From positions 1 through 60,919 of the forward strand of contig FLMG01000427.1 of the NCBI GenBank assembly GCA_900088475.1: DNA of 60,919 nucleotides, read 5' to 3'. The stretch is from Hyphochytrium catenoides (taxonomy: Eukaryota > Protista > Hyphochytriomycota). The position numbers were made by a program, and so were the translations under genes. Below, one piece after another: positions 47,812 to 60,919 of this stretch. Position 1 is the stretch's first letter; the number at the start of each line of letters is the position of its first letter. Below the pieces are notes generated by a model. The model was not told where the DNA came from, ran no database searches, and saw only the letters and a program-made list of their open reading frames with translations.

Positions 47812-48899
47812 GGTTCCCCTTCCAAGGTTGATCTCTTAAGGTTCCGCACTCTTCCTGCTTCCTGTCCTACTCTTCACTCGGAGGGAGAGCTGCAGTGCCG
47901 CACCCCGAGACGAACTTCCTTACAAATGGAACGCAAGGTCTCTCAATGGCTTGGAGCAATTATGAATACAAAGTAGAGCCTTCAGTAAGTAGTCTCCATC
48001 AAGTCGTCAGTCTCTATCATGCGGCAGATAAATTGGCGTCGTCTTCGTTTTGCTTCCAATTTTTCAAGAATCCCTTTTTACCACCTTGAAGATCCCACCA
48101 CTTTTCTATGATGATGAGAATGATGAGAGAGCAACTAAGAGCTTGACGGGCGATAACTAAATCTCAGACTTGAATCTCTAGTTACCAATAGATGTTGGTT
48201 CTAGAATCAAGCAGTACTACTGTCCACAGTTCGTTCGAGTTACGACAATACCAATCCCCAATTCCCAATCTCCCATGACGTTGTCCTTATTACAAATAAG
48301 AGGGTACTCCTCTGTTCCGTCCTTACAGTCAGGCCTCATATTCTTGAAAACGTACAGTTAGTATGTTCTGGAGATCGTGACGGTTCGTTATCACTTCTTT
48401 CAGGGCAAGAACTTCCTCCCCATCACTTCCTCCCAATCCGTCCATCTGAAGGTCGGCATGTGGCGCGTGGACCTGCGCTCCTCCTTCTTTCCTCCCTCTG
48501 TCCAGCATAAGACGCGAGATGATGCCTCGATCCAAGGCTTCCCTGAAGCTTTGCTAGCCATTAGATGTTGATAAGAGGAAGAAGAGTGCAGTAGAGACAT
48601 CGTGATTGCGACGTTTGACAGTACCAACAGCTTGATTAGATAAGCCAATCCCAAATCCGTTATCACCTGCCATCCACAGCTATCATTGGCGTTACTCGGC
48701 GCCAGTCACTCTCAACCTTCGGCTTTAGCATCTCCACGCAGAACGTTTTGCTGTTGACCGTGACCACATCCATCCAGCACCTCCTAGCGCTGGTTAAGCT
48801 ACCCTAGTGTAGGCCAGTTCTCATCTGTGCTCAATTTACCCAAGAAGCCCATGAAGTGATCGTAAACCTTCATCAGAGAAACCCAGCCAGTTGCCAGCA

Positions 48900-51800
48900 A
48901 TGGAGGGCGGTCTAGAGCCTCCGGGCTCCCAAGAAGGGTCTGACCGCTGGGTGATAATGGAAAGAACTATTGACCCCACACAGAGTCATGCAGATGCGTT
49001 GGATGGGACTGCAGAACGTAGAAGTGCTATTTTCATGCAAGAAAGCGGCAGGACTGCCTGGATAAAGACTCCTTTGCAATCCACGAACATCACCATCCCT
49101 CTAACGTTTGCCATGAAGCATCGCAACGTTGCCGAGCTCGAGAGCCGTTTGCTCCAGATCTCCAACCCGGACTCAAAGACTTATCAGCACTTTTTAACTC
49201 AAGAAGATATAAAAAAGCTCGTCCAACCTTCCGAGGCAGCAATGGAGGAGCTCGTTTCGTTTCTTAGGGCCCAGAATGTAGAAGAGTACACTCTATCTAG
49301 TCATGGAGACTATGTCCATGTCAATGTGCCCGTCTCTCAGGCTGAAAGTATGCTTAGGACGAAGTTCTCCGCGTTCCATTTGGAAGATTCACCGAGCGCT
49401 CAGTTTATTAGAGCGCATAAGCCCTACTCATTACCGGAGGCCGTAGCCGAACACGTTGACTTTGTTGCTGGCATCCTTCGTCTCCCCCGAGTTCAGAAGC
49501 TATCTACAACTAAGCAAGGGCAGCTTAAAGGCAGAAACAATGGCGGATGGGGAAGAAAGGGCAGAAGGAGGGAAGAGATACAACCTATCGTCTTGGAGAC
49601 CAGACGAGAAACTGTTTGTGCGGACTGTAAGCGGCACTCTGCGACGGTTGACTCATTGCGGCAATTGTATGGAGTCCCTAACGTCAAGGACCACTCCTCT
49701 AAATATTCATCGGCCCAGAGGAAGAACAAGCAGGGCGTCGCTTCTTTTTTTGGATTCGCGTTTGACAGAGATGATGTCGAGAACTACTTTCGAGCAAATG
49801 GGCACGATCCTCCGTCGGCCGATGTCAGTGTGAGAGGAGATAATAGTACTCTATTTGATGAAGAGCCAGCTCTGGACTTGCAGACGATGTTGACGGTATC
49901 GCCAAACATAAGGACCGAGGTGTGGCAGTATGAAGGGTTGAATGATGATTCCCAGCCAAAGTCCGAGTCCAACCAGGAGGTGAGATCGCTTGCTTCTTTC
50001 CTCCGGCGCTCTGTTAATTTCCCTGTCATGGTTACTACCGTCCGCTGAGTCTCCTCAAAAGAAATCCTAGAACAGGTCTTCTACCTTAAGGTACTTCCTA
50101 TAAGGGTCTTCCCAAGGCTGTCTATCTTCAAATTCCTTCACTGCTACCCTGAACCGCTGCTTGTGGTCCCTTTTGCGCCGCGCCATAACCATGGCTCACC
50201 TAGTTAGCCTCACCTTCTCTGTTGTCTCCGGTACCATCATCTCCATATCTTAAAACTTTCTCTGCCGGCTGTGTCTCAATAACTCCATCACGCCAAGCCT
50301 TTTCTGCGCTTCATGCTGGATCTAAATGCCGCGGAGGACCCTCCCTATGTCATGTCAATTAGGTGCGTGTTCATCTTGGGCCGGGCTGCCCGCCTGCACG
50401 CTTACCTTCCAATGTCTTGTTGAATAACATCCTCACTATTGACTCTAATCGCTATCTTGTTCCTCCTCCTTCTACATATAGCTATGCTGATGATGAGAGC
50501 TTCCTGTCACCGGAGTACATGCAGCGAGTGAACACAGAGTTCATCAAGGCGGGGCTGAGAGGTACGTGGCACGTAAAAATGGAGGAAGGGGCAACGGAAA
50601 GAGCGAGACAAGCAACAACACCGAATGACGATACATTGCGGGAAGAAGGTTTACCGGAACAGAGTGGTAGATATGGGGAAGAGGCGCGTACAGAATCCAA
50701 AGCAGCATGATAGGCCAACGTGGACGATGGGTTGTTCTCTGTATCAAGATTGTCCTTGTCCTCTGAAATAGGTATAACTATCGTTGCGGCTGCGGGGGAT
50801 GACGGTGTGGGCGGCTTTATCTCGCATATGAATAGCCGCTGCATGGCTGACAAGTGGGGCTATCAGGTGCATTTCCCAAAGACTAAAAGCCTTCTGAACT
50901 AATCGCTTTTGGTTTACAAGCGTCGCTGCCAACGCTTCTACAAGCTCTGCTGAGTGTCACTGTTCTGGTTCTTCGCGGTCCTGCAGTTTAACTCTCTTCT
51001 GCATGTAACTCTATGCCTTTTCTCTCTGCAGCCTCAGTTCCCAGCATCGTCTCCATATGTACTCTCAATAGGAGGAACATACTACGATGGTAAGAAGGAG
51101 GTTGCGTGCGACACGGCGTACACTTCAGCGGTGCAGATCACGACCTCAGGAGGGTTTAGCAAAGTGTTTGCCCGGCCTCCTTATCAGGTAATGTTCAATA
51201 TATCTGGAGCCTTCTGTCCAACAACTCTCTCATCGTAAGAGTGGTACTTTGCTTATCCGCTTCGCTACTCTTTGCAAGCTAAGTGGTAGTGGTAGCTAAG
51301 TTGTATGATTTAATTCCATCCGGAATCTATCGCTGCTGTTTAAGACTGCCCACAAAGAGTTCTGATTCCTGCTGCCTTCGATTGACAGGAGAAAAGCGTT
51401 GCAGGCTGGTACACTCTTGCCTCGCGTGATCAAACTCTCAGTCTAGTGCTGGAGAAAGGAAAGTCGCATTTCAACTCTGCAGGAAGAGGAATACCGGACG
51501 GTAAGGCTAGCTGTCAATCTTCGCTCTCTTCCTACTGTCGCGCTTGGTTCAGGAACGCTCTGTCTCGAGAAATGCTTTTTGCCTTCTGAACTTCTCGGTC
51601 CTCCCTTTCTCTTTGCATTATTAGGTCCAAGGTCTCTCTCTCGGTCACGTCCGCTATCTTATTAATAATTCTCCTGTTTGCAGTGGCCGCTCTAGGCTCC
51701 GGTTTCAATGTCTCGGTGAAGGGAAACTTCAAGAGTGTCGATGGCACCTCAGCTTCTGCACCTCTTGTGGCTGGTATAATATCTCTGTTAAACGATGTAT

Positions 51801-52684
51801 CTTTACAGAAGAACAGCAAGCCCTTAGGATTCGTGAACCCTCTCCTATATCATATGAAGAAGGTAGCTGTCTCGCTCTGTTATCTGTCTAGAGCGCTTCT
51901 CTTTCCTAGATTGTTTCTTGGTCTTTCTGCCCTCAATCTTTGGCATAGCAGAGCCATGCTCGACGCACTATCGCTGTCTTGCATCTCCCTCCTCTCTTCG
52001 CGTCGCTCTAACGAGTCGCTAAAGACCTCTCTTTGGCATTTGGCCATGCTGACTCTCGTTTCATGACTTAGGTGGACCCAGCGGTGTTTAGGGACGTCAC
52101 GCTTGGTGGGAATGCTTGCTCGAGGGATGTCTGCTGTGATATGGGCTTCACTGCTACTGAGGGATGGGATCCCGTCACTGGTAACCCAATACTCTCTATA
52201 AACTATACTACTATGAAGCACTTTGCCCCTCTCTCTTCGCCTCGTCGCCAGGTCTCGCTTCTCACTCCTGCTATTCAAGAAGCGTTCTTTTCAGCCTTCT
52301 AACATCTGATACGGCCCCATCTCTGATGTGACACGCCCTTCTTTTCTCCTTCCACTTTGCCCTTTTCTTCGGCTCCTCTTCCTCATAGGGTTGGGGACCA
52401 TCCGGGTGGACAAGATGCTCAAATATGTTGAGCATCTCCATCCTTCTAGGCTTGGCGTTTATATAGGACGAGGAGCGGACTCTGCGATAGAGCAACGGCC
52501 CTTCCTCCTTACCTCTCTCTTCTTGTTCGGTGCCGTCTGTGGCGTTCTCGTGTTCGTAGTCCATCTAGCAAGACATCGAGGCACTAGAACGAAAGAGGCG
52601 GAGAAGCCAAAAGAAAAAAAGTCGGGCACACCGCGCGAGAGACCGGGGCAAAGTTATGAGGGCTGTGACTATATTGCCCTCTAG
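48900..52684 (+). CDS. Sedolisin / tripeptidyl-peptidase I-like S53 protease with prodomain and C-terminal TM anchor; 5' end uncertain
   Basis: Prodomain ISNPDSKTYQHFLT; EEPALDLQ (Glu/Asp), SISYADDE, AGDDG, FPASSPYVLSIGGT, GRGIPD|VAA, DGTSASAP (Ser), GFVNPLLY, FRDVTLG.N, GWDPVTG|LGT; then FLLTSLFLFGAVCGVLVFVV. Confidence 0.92.
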
Positions 52685-53479
52685 TGTAGTATAGACCCTG
52701 TTGCTCATCTACTGGCAACAGCAACCAGCAAGGGCCTACTGGTGCCGCGAAAGAGACTTACTAAGGGCCAGTTCTTCATCTGATACCTCCGGACCGACTA
52801 GAGCTGGATAGTTTCAGAAAGCGCGTTCTCTCACTCATTCGACAAAAATAAAGAAAGCACGCACAGCATCTACAGAAGGTCTTGCTGTCAGATAGGGTCG
52901 GAGCTGAGTCTCCGACGTGGACCACGGCCACTTTACTCTGCCTTAGCCCTCGTACAGGCGGTTAGCAACAAGAAAATTGGCACCTTTCGTCTGCAATTCG
53001 CTTATACCCTCGAACCCTAAACGTATCAGAAGCCCGCTGACGTGTGCTACTGTGCAACCAAGCTAGAGCGGCCTAACGTGAGGCTGTGTGATGGCAAATG
53101 TGCTCTTACTTGTCTAATTTCCCCAGGAATCAATTCAAATGCTCACTATACTGGCCATCGCTGTGGCAGTAGTTACCTGAATTAGAGCTTGTCTCAACCT
53201 TGCTCCATCCATCAACGCCGTCACGACGTCTGCCCTAGCGCGTGCTCTTGAACTCTCAGGATGACCTTTGATGGTCTGTTGGCAGCTCCATAATGGGTTC
53301 TTATTATTATTAATTGAGATTTCCCGGATCTTTTGCCTTGGGTACGGAGAGATCGCGAGATCGGTATCTATTCCGAATGAAGTGAAAGTATGTCGTACAA
53401 ATTCGTTCGCAATGGCCTTATTAGCATTCATTTGGAATGAATTGACATGGTGGTTCTTCTTGCCCAACCCAGAACTGAA

Positions 53480-53665
53480 CCTTCAGCATCTCTCTTCCTC
53501 TCTGTCTTCTTCCACTTCCCTCTCACTCTCTCTCTTCCCCCCATTGTCTCTGGCTCTCTCGCTCTCGCTCTCTTCCTTCCTCCTCTCATCCCCATCTTCC
53601 TTGCTATCTTTCCCCTCTGGTTACGTCAGCTATCATCATCAGACCAAGGTCTCTCTCTCTCTCTA
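53480..53665. repeat. CT-rich tract upstream of the DPP gene
   Basis: Seen directly. Confidence 0.7.
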
Positions 53666-53977
53666 GCTGCCACCTTGCCTACCACGTACCTTCCCTGGCA
53701 TCCGAACAACCTTCTTCACGGGCCTTGACGTCTCTGTGGTTAGAGAAGAAGCGAGGGTGGTGCTCGATCTGGAACACACTTGGCCCAGTCTTTGGACGAA
53801 GTACTAAGAAACAACGCGACAAGTCGAGGATCATTGGGACCAGAATAACGAAGGCAAAAGCATTTCCAGCTTTTGGTGCCTGGCTAGTAGAGGCCCTTAG
53901 ACATCACGGCGTTGAGGCTGCATCACGAGCGCCCTCGGCGCGCCAAGAAGCCACGCTTTACAAGAGACCGCGACTGC

Positions 53978-56900
53978 ATGATGTCCTCCAACGCTCCCTC
54001 ATCACCGCTTATCCGAGTTGAAGATGTGGCCAAGATGCCCCCTCCGGGTGGCTCTATTCCCAGTAACATTACTTTCAGTCCTGACGGGAAGTTCCTCGCT
54101 TATCTCCACAGTGAGCCTGGAAAGCTTACTAGGAATTTGTATGCGTACAACCTGCAAGACAAGGTGAGACTTCACATGTCTTGCACTGTTGACTCAGCAT
54201 TCTGACCCTCTGTCACTAACGTGCATTTTCTTCCCGTCCTTTCTCTAATGCCCTCTCTTGTCCTATGCACCCTTGGACATTGTCGATTGCTGTCAATGTG
54301 AATAGAGCAAGAAACAACTGGTGCGCCTTCTGAATGATGGTGATACGGAGGAGAACCTTTCACTGGAAGAGAAGCTGAGAAGAGAGCGCCAAAGAAGTCT
54401 AGCGACAGGCATAACAAACTATTTCTGGTGAGAGTAGGACCGAAGTGCAGGATTGGCATACAAGACACAGAGAGAGACGGGGTAAGAGAGAGAGAGAGAG
54501 GAGCCGAAGCAGTGGACGATAAGATAGTACTAAAAATATAAGAAAGAGAGTGGCTCACAGGGAAGGAGAGGAGGGAGAAGAAGAAGAAGGTCTAAACCGT
54601 GTGAGGTAGCATGTAGTCAGAGGTTAGAAGCATGCAGTGAGACAACCTAAGAAAGCGATAGCTGGCGAGAAAGCGTTTCTAGGCTTTGGAAAGTACTGTC
54701 CTTTCGTTTCTCGTAGAGCTTTCTTACATAGGGACCTCTCCTGCTGATCGATGTCTCCCTCCCTGTGCGTCGACTCCTTCTTGTTCTTAGGAGCCCAGTC
54801 AGGGGTTCAAACCGTCTATTGGTCCCTGTTCAGGGAAACCTCTACGTCCAGGACACTCCCTTCGCAGACCTTCGCTTGGTTTGGGACAAATCATCGACCG
54901 GGAGGCCTGGTGGAGCCATTGATCCGCAGGTGATTAGAGAGATTGCTCTAGTGCCAGACAGTATCCTCCTCTCAAGGCTTCAGCTGTCTCGCTTTAATTT
55001 CTCGATTCGTATATTCGATGCACGGAAGATATCCGTTTCTTCTTCTTACTGAAGCCTTGGCTTTCCCTGCAATTTGCCTGCGTACTACGTCTTTTCCCCA
55101 CTTTCCCGTTGCTGCTATGCTCTCTACCTTAGATCCTTACCTCACTCGGGTGCTCGTCCCTTCTCTTCTTCACATTTCTCCCTCCTCCGCATCCAATTAC
55201 TCCGCTGTCTCACCAACGACGTCCTTGTCGGGGTACCCGCTGTCTCCTGGGCACATAGTGGTCGCCAGATGGCAACTGGATTGCGTTCGTCCAGGACAGT
55301 GAGGTTTATGTCGTGTCCGCAGACGCCACGAATGGAAATGCTAGGCAGGTTACCAAGGTAGGTTGCGGTCCTCATCCCTAGATTGCGCATCTTCAACGAC
55401 GTTTGCCATATAAAGCATGCTGTTAGAAAAGCCTCGGGCTTCAACGGTGTTTCGGTGGAGGTCTTTTGTTTCCGTTCGCGTTCTATTTATCTGTCTCCCT
55501 ATGTACCTAACGATAGATAAATGCTACGCGGTACTAGGGAGCCCGCGGGACAGGGAAAACCAACGGACTTGCAGATTATATCGCACAAGAAGAGATGGAT
55601 AGATATAGGTAACCTTTGGCTCTAGTAGGCGCCCCGGCTATTCTTGTGTCTTGCGGTTCTTGTTTTGTCCATTGCATGCTTTCGCTTCTTGCCCTCTCGC
55701 CTACTTTGCCGAAGCTGTGCTCCTTCCACTCGGCAGCGCCTTTTGCCTTTGCGCTTTCTTCGTTTGTATTATCAAAGGCCTGAAATGTTGTGTGCGACGA
55801 CTTCTGTAGAGGCTTTTGGTGGTCGATGGACAGCTCGCATATTGCCTTCTGCGGTAAGTTAGGACTGTCACTGTGACCATGGACAAGGTCAAATCCAAGG
55901 AATGGATACAGGGCAAGGGTCGGCGAGAAAACTTCCTATTCTGGCAAAAACTCTTTCTTTCTCACCTACAGTCATTTCTACCTCTTGTGCAGAGGTGGAT
56001 GAGACCCACATCCCGACGTTCAGGATTATGCATTCTGGGAAGGGTGAGGTGGGAGAATCGGCGCAGGAGGATCATCGGTACGTTTCCGGAACCGTATTCT
56101 CCCCTTCTAGCTTTCCTTGAGTTCGCTAACCCTTTGCTGTTCTCTGCTGGCCAGATACCCGTTTAGCGGCGCTGCCAACCCAAAGACACGGATTGGGGTG
56201 ATCAATTTGAAGGACACACCAAACGGAGCTCCAGAGCCTGTGTGGATGGATCTAGGGGATAATGAGGTGCGAAGAGAGTGGCTGAAGTAGATAGCGAGAA
56301 GAGGGAGAATAGAGGTCCACACATAGATAAAGGAGGTCAATCTGAGCTTTTTCTTGGCAACTGTCGGCCCTGGGCGCCTTGGCAAATTGGGCTCAGCGAA
56401 ACCAGGGTAGCTATGCACTAACGGTTGGCCTATCTCTCTTGTTCACAACAGGATATGTACATTCCCCGTGTATCCTGGTTGGTGGACGGTTCTCTAGCGA
56501 TACAGCGAGAGAACAGAGATCAAACGAAACTTGAGCTGGTACTTGAACAGCATGACCCATATTCTTCACTCACTCTTCTCATCTGGTTGGTTTCATTCGA
56601 CTAACTGCATGGGCATCGGCATCGCCCTCTTTGTCCTTAGCTACGGTACGATATCAAGACCGGAAAGTCTTCCGTTCTTTTGAAGGAAGAAAGTCAAGTT
56701 TGGATCAATCTCCATTATCTATTCCGCTGTCTTGAGCTAGAGTCTGATGGAAGCTTCAAGTTTATTTGGGGCTCTGAGAGGACAGGCAAGAGCCTTGCAA
56801 CGTATCTTTGTTCACTATGCCTTCCTTCGGTTCTAGACGATTAAAGATGGTGCTTGCAGTCCCTGGCTCATATGCTTCTCTACTTTCCGTCTTCCTTATT

Positions 56901-59900
56901 GATTGCCCGTTATCACGCTGTTCCTTACGATAGCTCTCATCATCTCCAGGCTTTCAGCACCTCTACCTGTATAAGTTTGATCCCCGGAAGCCTTCGGCGG
57001 ACCTTCTAGGCGCCATCACAGCCGGAGAATGGATGGTTTGGATGCCTCTTTGCTGACCCCTTCCTTTGACTCTTCAATGCTTGATTGCTTGGACTCCAGC
57101 CATTNNNNNNNNNNNNNNNNNNNNNNNNNNNNNNNNNNNNNNNNNNNNNNNCTGCTGGCCGTCGATTGTCAAGGTCAGGACGCAATCGTTTACTTCTACG
57201 GCACCATGGAAAGCGTCGCCGAACGCCATCTATACGCTACAAAGACCTCGCTTATGGTACTGCCATAGCCAGTCTGCTCTTCTTTTACAGCATTCTTCCA
57301 TTCCGCAGTCTCGTTGGCATCCTGTAAGACGGCTGTTGTGGGGCCGCGTCCTTAATACCATGTCCGAGCCTGTGCTGCTGCAGTTCCTTCTTCTTGCTTT
57401 GGGTTTGAGCTAGATGCTCGAGTTGGCCGCTAGTTGCCCTTCGCTCGCGGAACCGTTGCCTTCCATTTGTAATGTTCCTTCCCGGCCATCCTGTTCTTGT
57501 CTGCCTCCCTGCGTCGCTGCATGGTCACTACTAGGGCCAATCGGTCAAGCCTTCAACCCCTCTTCGCCTTACGCAAGGACAAGGGATCCATTCTGTCTCA
57601 CTGGAACCTAACTTCACTCTTTTCTCTGACGGTAAGTTAGGAAGGATAGCTGGCCCGACCATTGGTGACTAGGGCGAAGAATTGTGGCTAAGCCCTCTAC
57701 TATTGTTGGATTAAGATGCCACTGCTCACCTTTACCCTTCCTTTTACCTTTCCTTCAACCTAAGATTAACCTGAAATTATTATACTGAGATGCTAATTCC
57801 CTTACCCCTGCCCGCTCAGTCCTAAGCCAGGCACAGGCTCCTCCTTCAGGCTCTATTCATCGGCTGCCGTCGTACTCGACCTTAACAAGCACATCTTCTG
57901 CCGTAGCGTGTCCAGAGATAGCGACATTTTTCGACGAGGTGCTGCCTTCCCACATGCCCCTTTCCATGTAGCGCTCGGTGTAGAGTATAGGTTTCCTACC
58001 TTCTATCTGTTGTCCTTTCTATGGTAGTCCTTCAAAATTCCCATTGCTTGGCTCTGGCATTTGTTGCCAGGTGTCTGCACATCAGCCTCTTCGTCCCTTC
58101 GTCGGTAGTTCCCTTAGGTTTTGACGTTATCTTGGCCCTCAGACGGATCCCCGCTATAATAAGCTGAAGACTTCCCTGGCACCACCTGAGTTTATAACTA
58201 TCAAGGCGAGGGACGGACTGCCTCTTCATTGCTGTCTTTACAAGCCCGATCCTGCTGTACACGGGCAAGGACCCTACCCTACCCTAATTTCAGGTAAGCC
58301 TTTAGCGCTAAGGGACATCGATGTGGGTATCATAGAAGGAAGGTATAACGGAACGGCTGGGGAAGATAGAAGTTCAGTGGAGAAAGCAAGGTGGGCAAAG
58401 TGAGGCCGCTGCAGGCTGTGATCCGTAAAACGATGAAGATATATTTTCAAGTGAACGACCTTGTGTGAGTTTGGTTGCTTCTCTTTCTGCCTTTCCCACC
58501 GTACGTTGTAGTTGGAGCTCATCCTGATCCTGCGTTTATTTTCTTTGCTGCTTTACCCGTTCCGGCTCTTTCCTTCACAGTGTATGGTGGACCCCACGCT
58601 CAAAGAGTCCAGCGTTCCTGGGCTGTCACTGTAGACATGAGAGCTCAGAGATTTCGGGAGCTGGGGTACTTAGTCGCAAAGATAGATAATCGGGTAAGTG
58701 GTAGATAGACTCAAAAGGCAGGCCATCCTTGAGGGGAGTTAGATATTGTCCACCGGGCGGGGAGCCAGATTGAGATGGACATTCTCCTTCTTTTTGCACC
58801 TATTTCCTTTCTGAATCCAGAAATTCATTTTGTTATTTTGTCTCGATTGCCCTTCGCGTATTGCCCTTTAGGGTTCAGCGAGGCAGGGACTAGCCTTCGA
58901 AGGCTTCATCAAAGACAGGCCTGGTGTATACGAGGTCCAGGACCAGGTGGACGGAGTCCAATACCTGGTCAAGCAGGTAGGGCTGTGCACGCATATGTTC
59001 CCGGCAGACCATTTGCAAGGGTTTGGGCTTTCTTCGTCCTTAGGCGTCTGTCACATTTGCTCTTGACGTAGGTTGCAGCACTGGGTCTCTTAGCCTGTTG
59101 TGGCTAGCATGTTCACTTTGTCACTGCCCTATTGACCCGATCGTTGTATGACTACTTCTCCTTAATAGGGCCTCACCGATCCTAAGCGTGTGGCTATTTA
59201 TGGCTGGAGCTATGGTGGGTATATGTCTGCACTGTCACTGCTGAAGGCTCCTGATACCTTCAAGGTGGCTGTCTCTGGAGCACCAGTCACTAGTTGGTAA
59301 GGAGAGAGATGTTAGACGCTGCAGGTCTCCAGTCTGATCTCAGGAATCCTAGGGATGGCTATGATACACACTACACCGAACGATATTTCTCCACCCCTCA
59401 GAAAAACCCTGAGGGATACCAGGCCGGAAACGTGATGACGTATGTAGATGCGCTCAGAGACAATCAGAAGCTATTGCTCGTCCATGGGCTCATTGACGAA
59501 AATGTTCATTTTAGACATACAGCGCGCTTGGTAAGAGCTCGAGTCGACTTGTGCTCAGTGTTGCTCAGGTTGTTTGGGCCTACGCCTCATTTTTCCCTCT
59601 TTCTGCATAGGAGTATGTTTGTCCCTGCCGTTTCCTATCCTATTTTTTCTGCTAGTATCTGTCTTTGTCCCGGGCTGTCAGTCTCTTTTGGCGATCGTCC
59701 TTCGCAACTGTCATTGAAACGAAGTGGCTATTTACCATTCCTGCGAATCTGACACGATTTCTCTTTAACTACAAAAACGCGCTGTTTACATGCAGATCAA
59801 TGCTTTGATTGCTGCCAGAAAGCCCTATGACCTACTGCTCTTTCCCGATGAGCGCCACATGCCAAGGAAACTAGAGGGAAGAGTCTATATGGAGGAACGG

Positions 59901-59930
59901 ATATTTCACTACATTCAGTCATTCCTCTAG
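53978..59930 (+). CDS. Dipeptidyl peptidase IV family (S9B) protein, multi-exon, no N-terminal signal anchor
   Basis: [39 protein letters not shown]|[20 protein letters not shown]|GSARQG, GWSYGGY (Ser, ~59202), [10 protein letters not shown] (Asp), FPDERH (His). Stop TAG 59928-59930. Gap 57105-57151 hides one acceptor. Confidence 0.95.
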
Positions 59931-60919
59931 AAGATGGATGCGAGTGATAGGTTCATCAGTAGGCTGCAGCGGATAATGGCGCACGGTACATTTATGATTA
60001 GGACATTATGGTGAGCAAGGGGAGCGGCCAGGAGAGCGAACGGACATACGAAGCCAGCTCACCACTTGGCTCATCATATCCCCTAATCCAGCTGTTGCAC
60101 CCATTATGGGGCCTCCTGCTTTTCCATGCATTGCTGTTATCACTTGCTTTCCCTATGTGTGGGCTATATACCTTCTTCTGACGGTCCAAGGGCCACAAGT
60201 ACCTTATCGTCTGGCTCCTTGCTGGAGGCTGACGGCGGCACATCAAGCTTTGCCATCCTGAGTGTAGGGTTCGAGTCTTCATAGGCCTACGACGATCCTT
60301 GTAGGAGGATGCTGCCCAACCTCTTCAGACGCAGAAACTTCGTCTCTTTGATAGCACCAAGATGTTTCACCAAAAAACTTTTGTTGGAGTTTATTCCTGT
60401 GTATTTGATTACTTCATGTCCCTAGAACCCGTATAATAAGGCCAGCGGCATTACAAATACGTAGTCTAAGTTTACGGATGATTTTATGAAAAGGATAAAA
60501 AGGGCTTCTAGAGCTTTATTCAACTTCTGTGTCAGACTTTATTGTTTATATCGTTTGGTGGTAAGGCTGTTGATGGGTTGAGATTCTGATCCTCAAGGTG
60601 GGCAGCGCTTCGGCTTCTGGGAGGCAGGAAGAGGCAGGCAGGCAATCATCACGGCTGCTGTTCCTAGTGCTTGACGATCCTCTGCCCATTCCACTCGTTC
60701 ACTTCTAGAAGAAGACAGTTCAACTGACACGTTGCCCCCTTTCCTCGCGAGAGTTGATGGCAGCTAGATCTGTCTCTCTGCGTATATCAAGTTCCACGGT
60801 CCTTTTCAGGCGATAGCTAGCTCTTCTGTCTCGATACATTTCTTCTCAAAGGACTGCGTCTTTATCTGGGCGTCTGAACGATAGGTAGTTTGAGAAGGGA
60901 TGTCAGTAATCCAAGAAGA

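Noticed and set aside
48329-48870. Possible small minus-strand gene between Trx-PUB and sedolisin
   Set aside because: No consistent exon chain or motif could be supported.
53135-53467. 110-aa minus-strand ORF (also 59998-60282)
   Set aside because: No family signal; 53135-53467 starts at TTG; insufficient evidence.
5890-57151. N-runs at 5890-5932, 22443-22480, 40249-40287, 57105-57151
   Set aside because: Assembly gaps, not biology; two of them obscure splice sites in AGL and the DPP gene.
60200-60300. tRNA-like GGTTCGAGTC near 60268
   Set aside because: T-stem pairs poorly and no D-arm or acceptor stem is evident.

Overview
Intron-rich eukaryotic (protist-like) genomic DNA from a gapped draft assembly (4 short N-runs), with long (CT)n/(GA)n tracts and roughly balanced GC by eye. 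Splicing by eye gives about 12 genes: two tail-to-tail BT1 folate/biopterin transporters; an intronless multi-pass membrane protein interrupted by one in-frame TGA; a ~17-exon protein with a discoidin-like domain and HERC/HECT-like scaffold motifs; a 7TM-RGS receptor; an NmrA-like protein; glycogen debranching enzyme (AGL); IMPACT/YIH1 (seen only as unrecognisable fragments in the ORF track); a compact intronless Tpt1/KptA; a thioredoxin-UIM-UBA-PUB fusion; a membrane-anchored sedolisin (S53); and a DPP-IV family (S9B) peptidase. I found no rRNA, tRNA, CRISPR array or recognisable transposase, and no single unambiguous novel multi-gene system. The best leads are the in-frame UGA (readthrough, mini-intron or nonsense), several GC-AG introns, unusual domain architectures and two bacterial-looking intronless genes. 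Exon models and family calls come from manual reading and motif recall, not from database searches.
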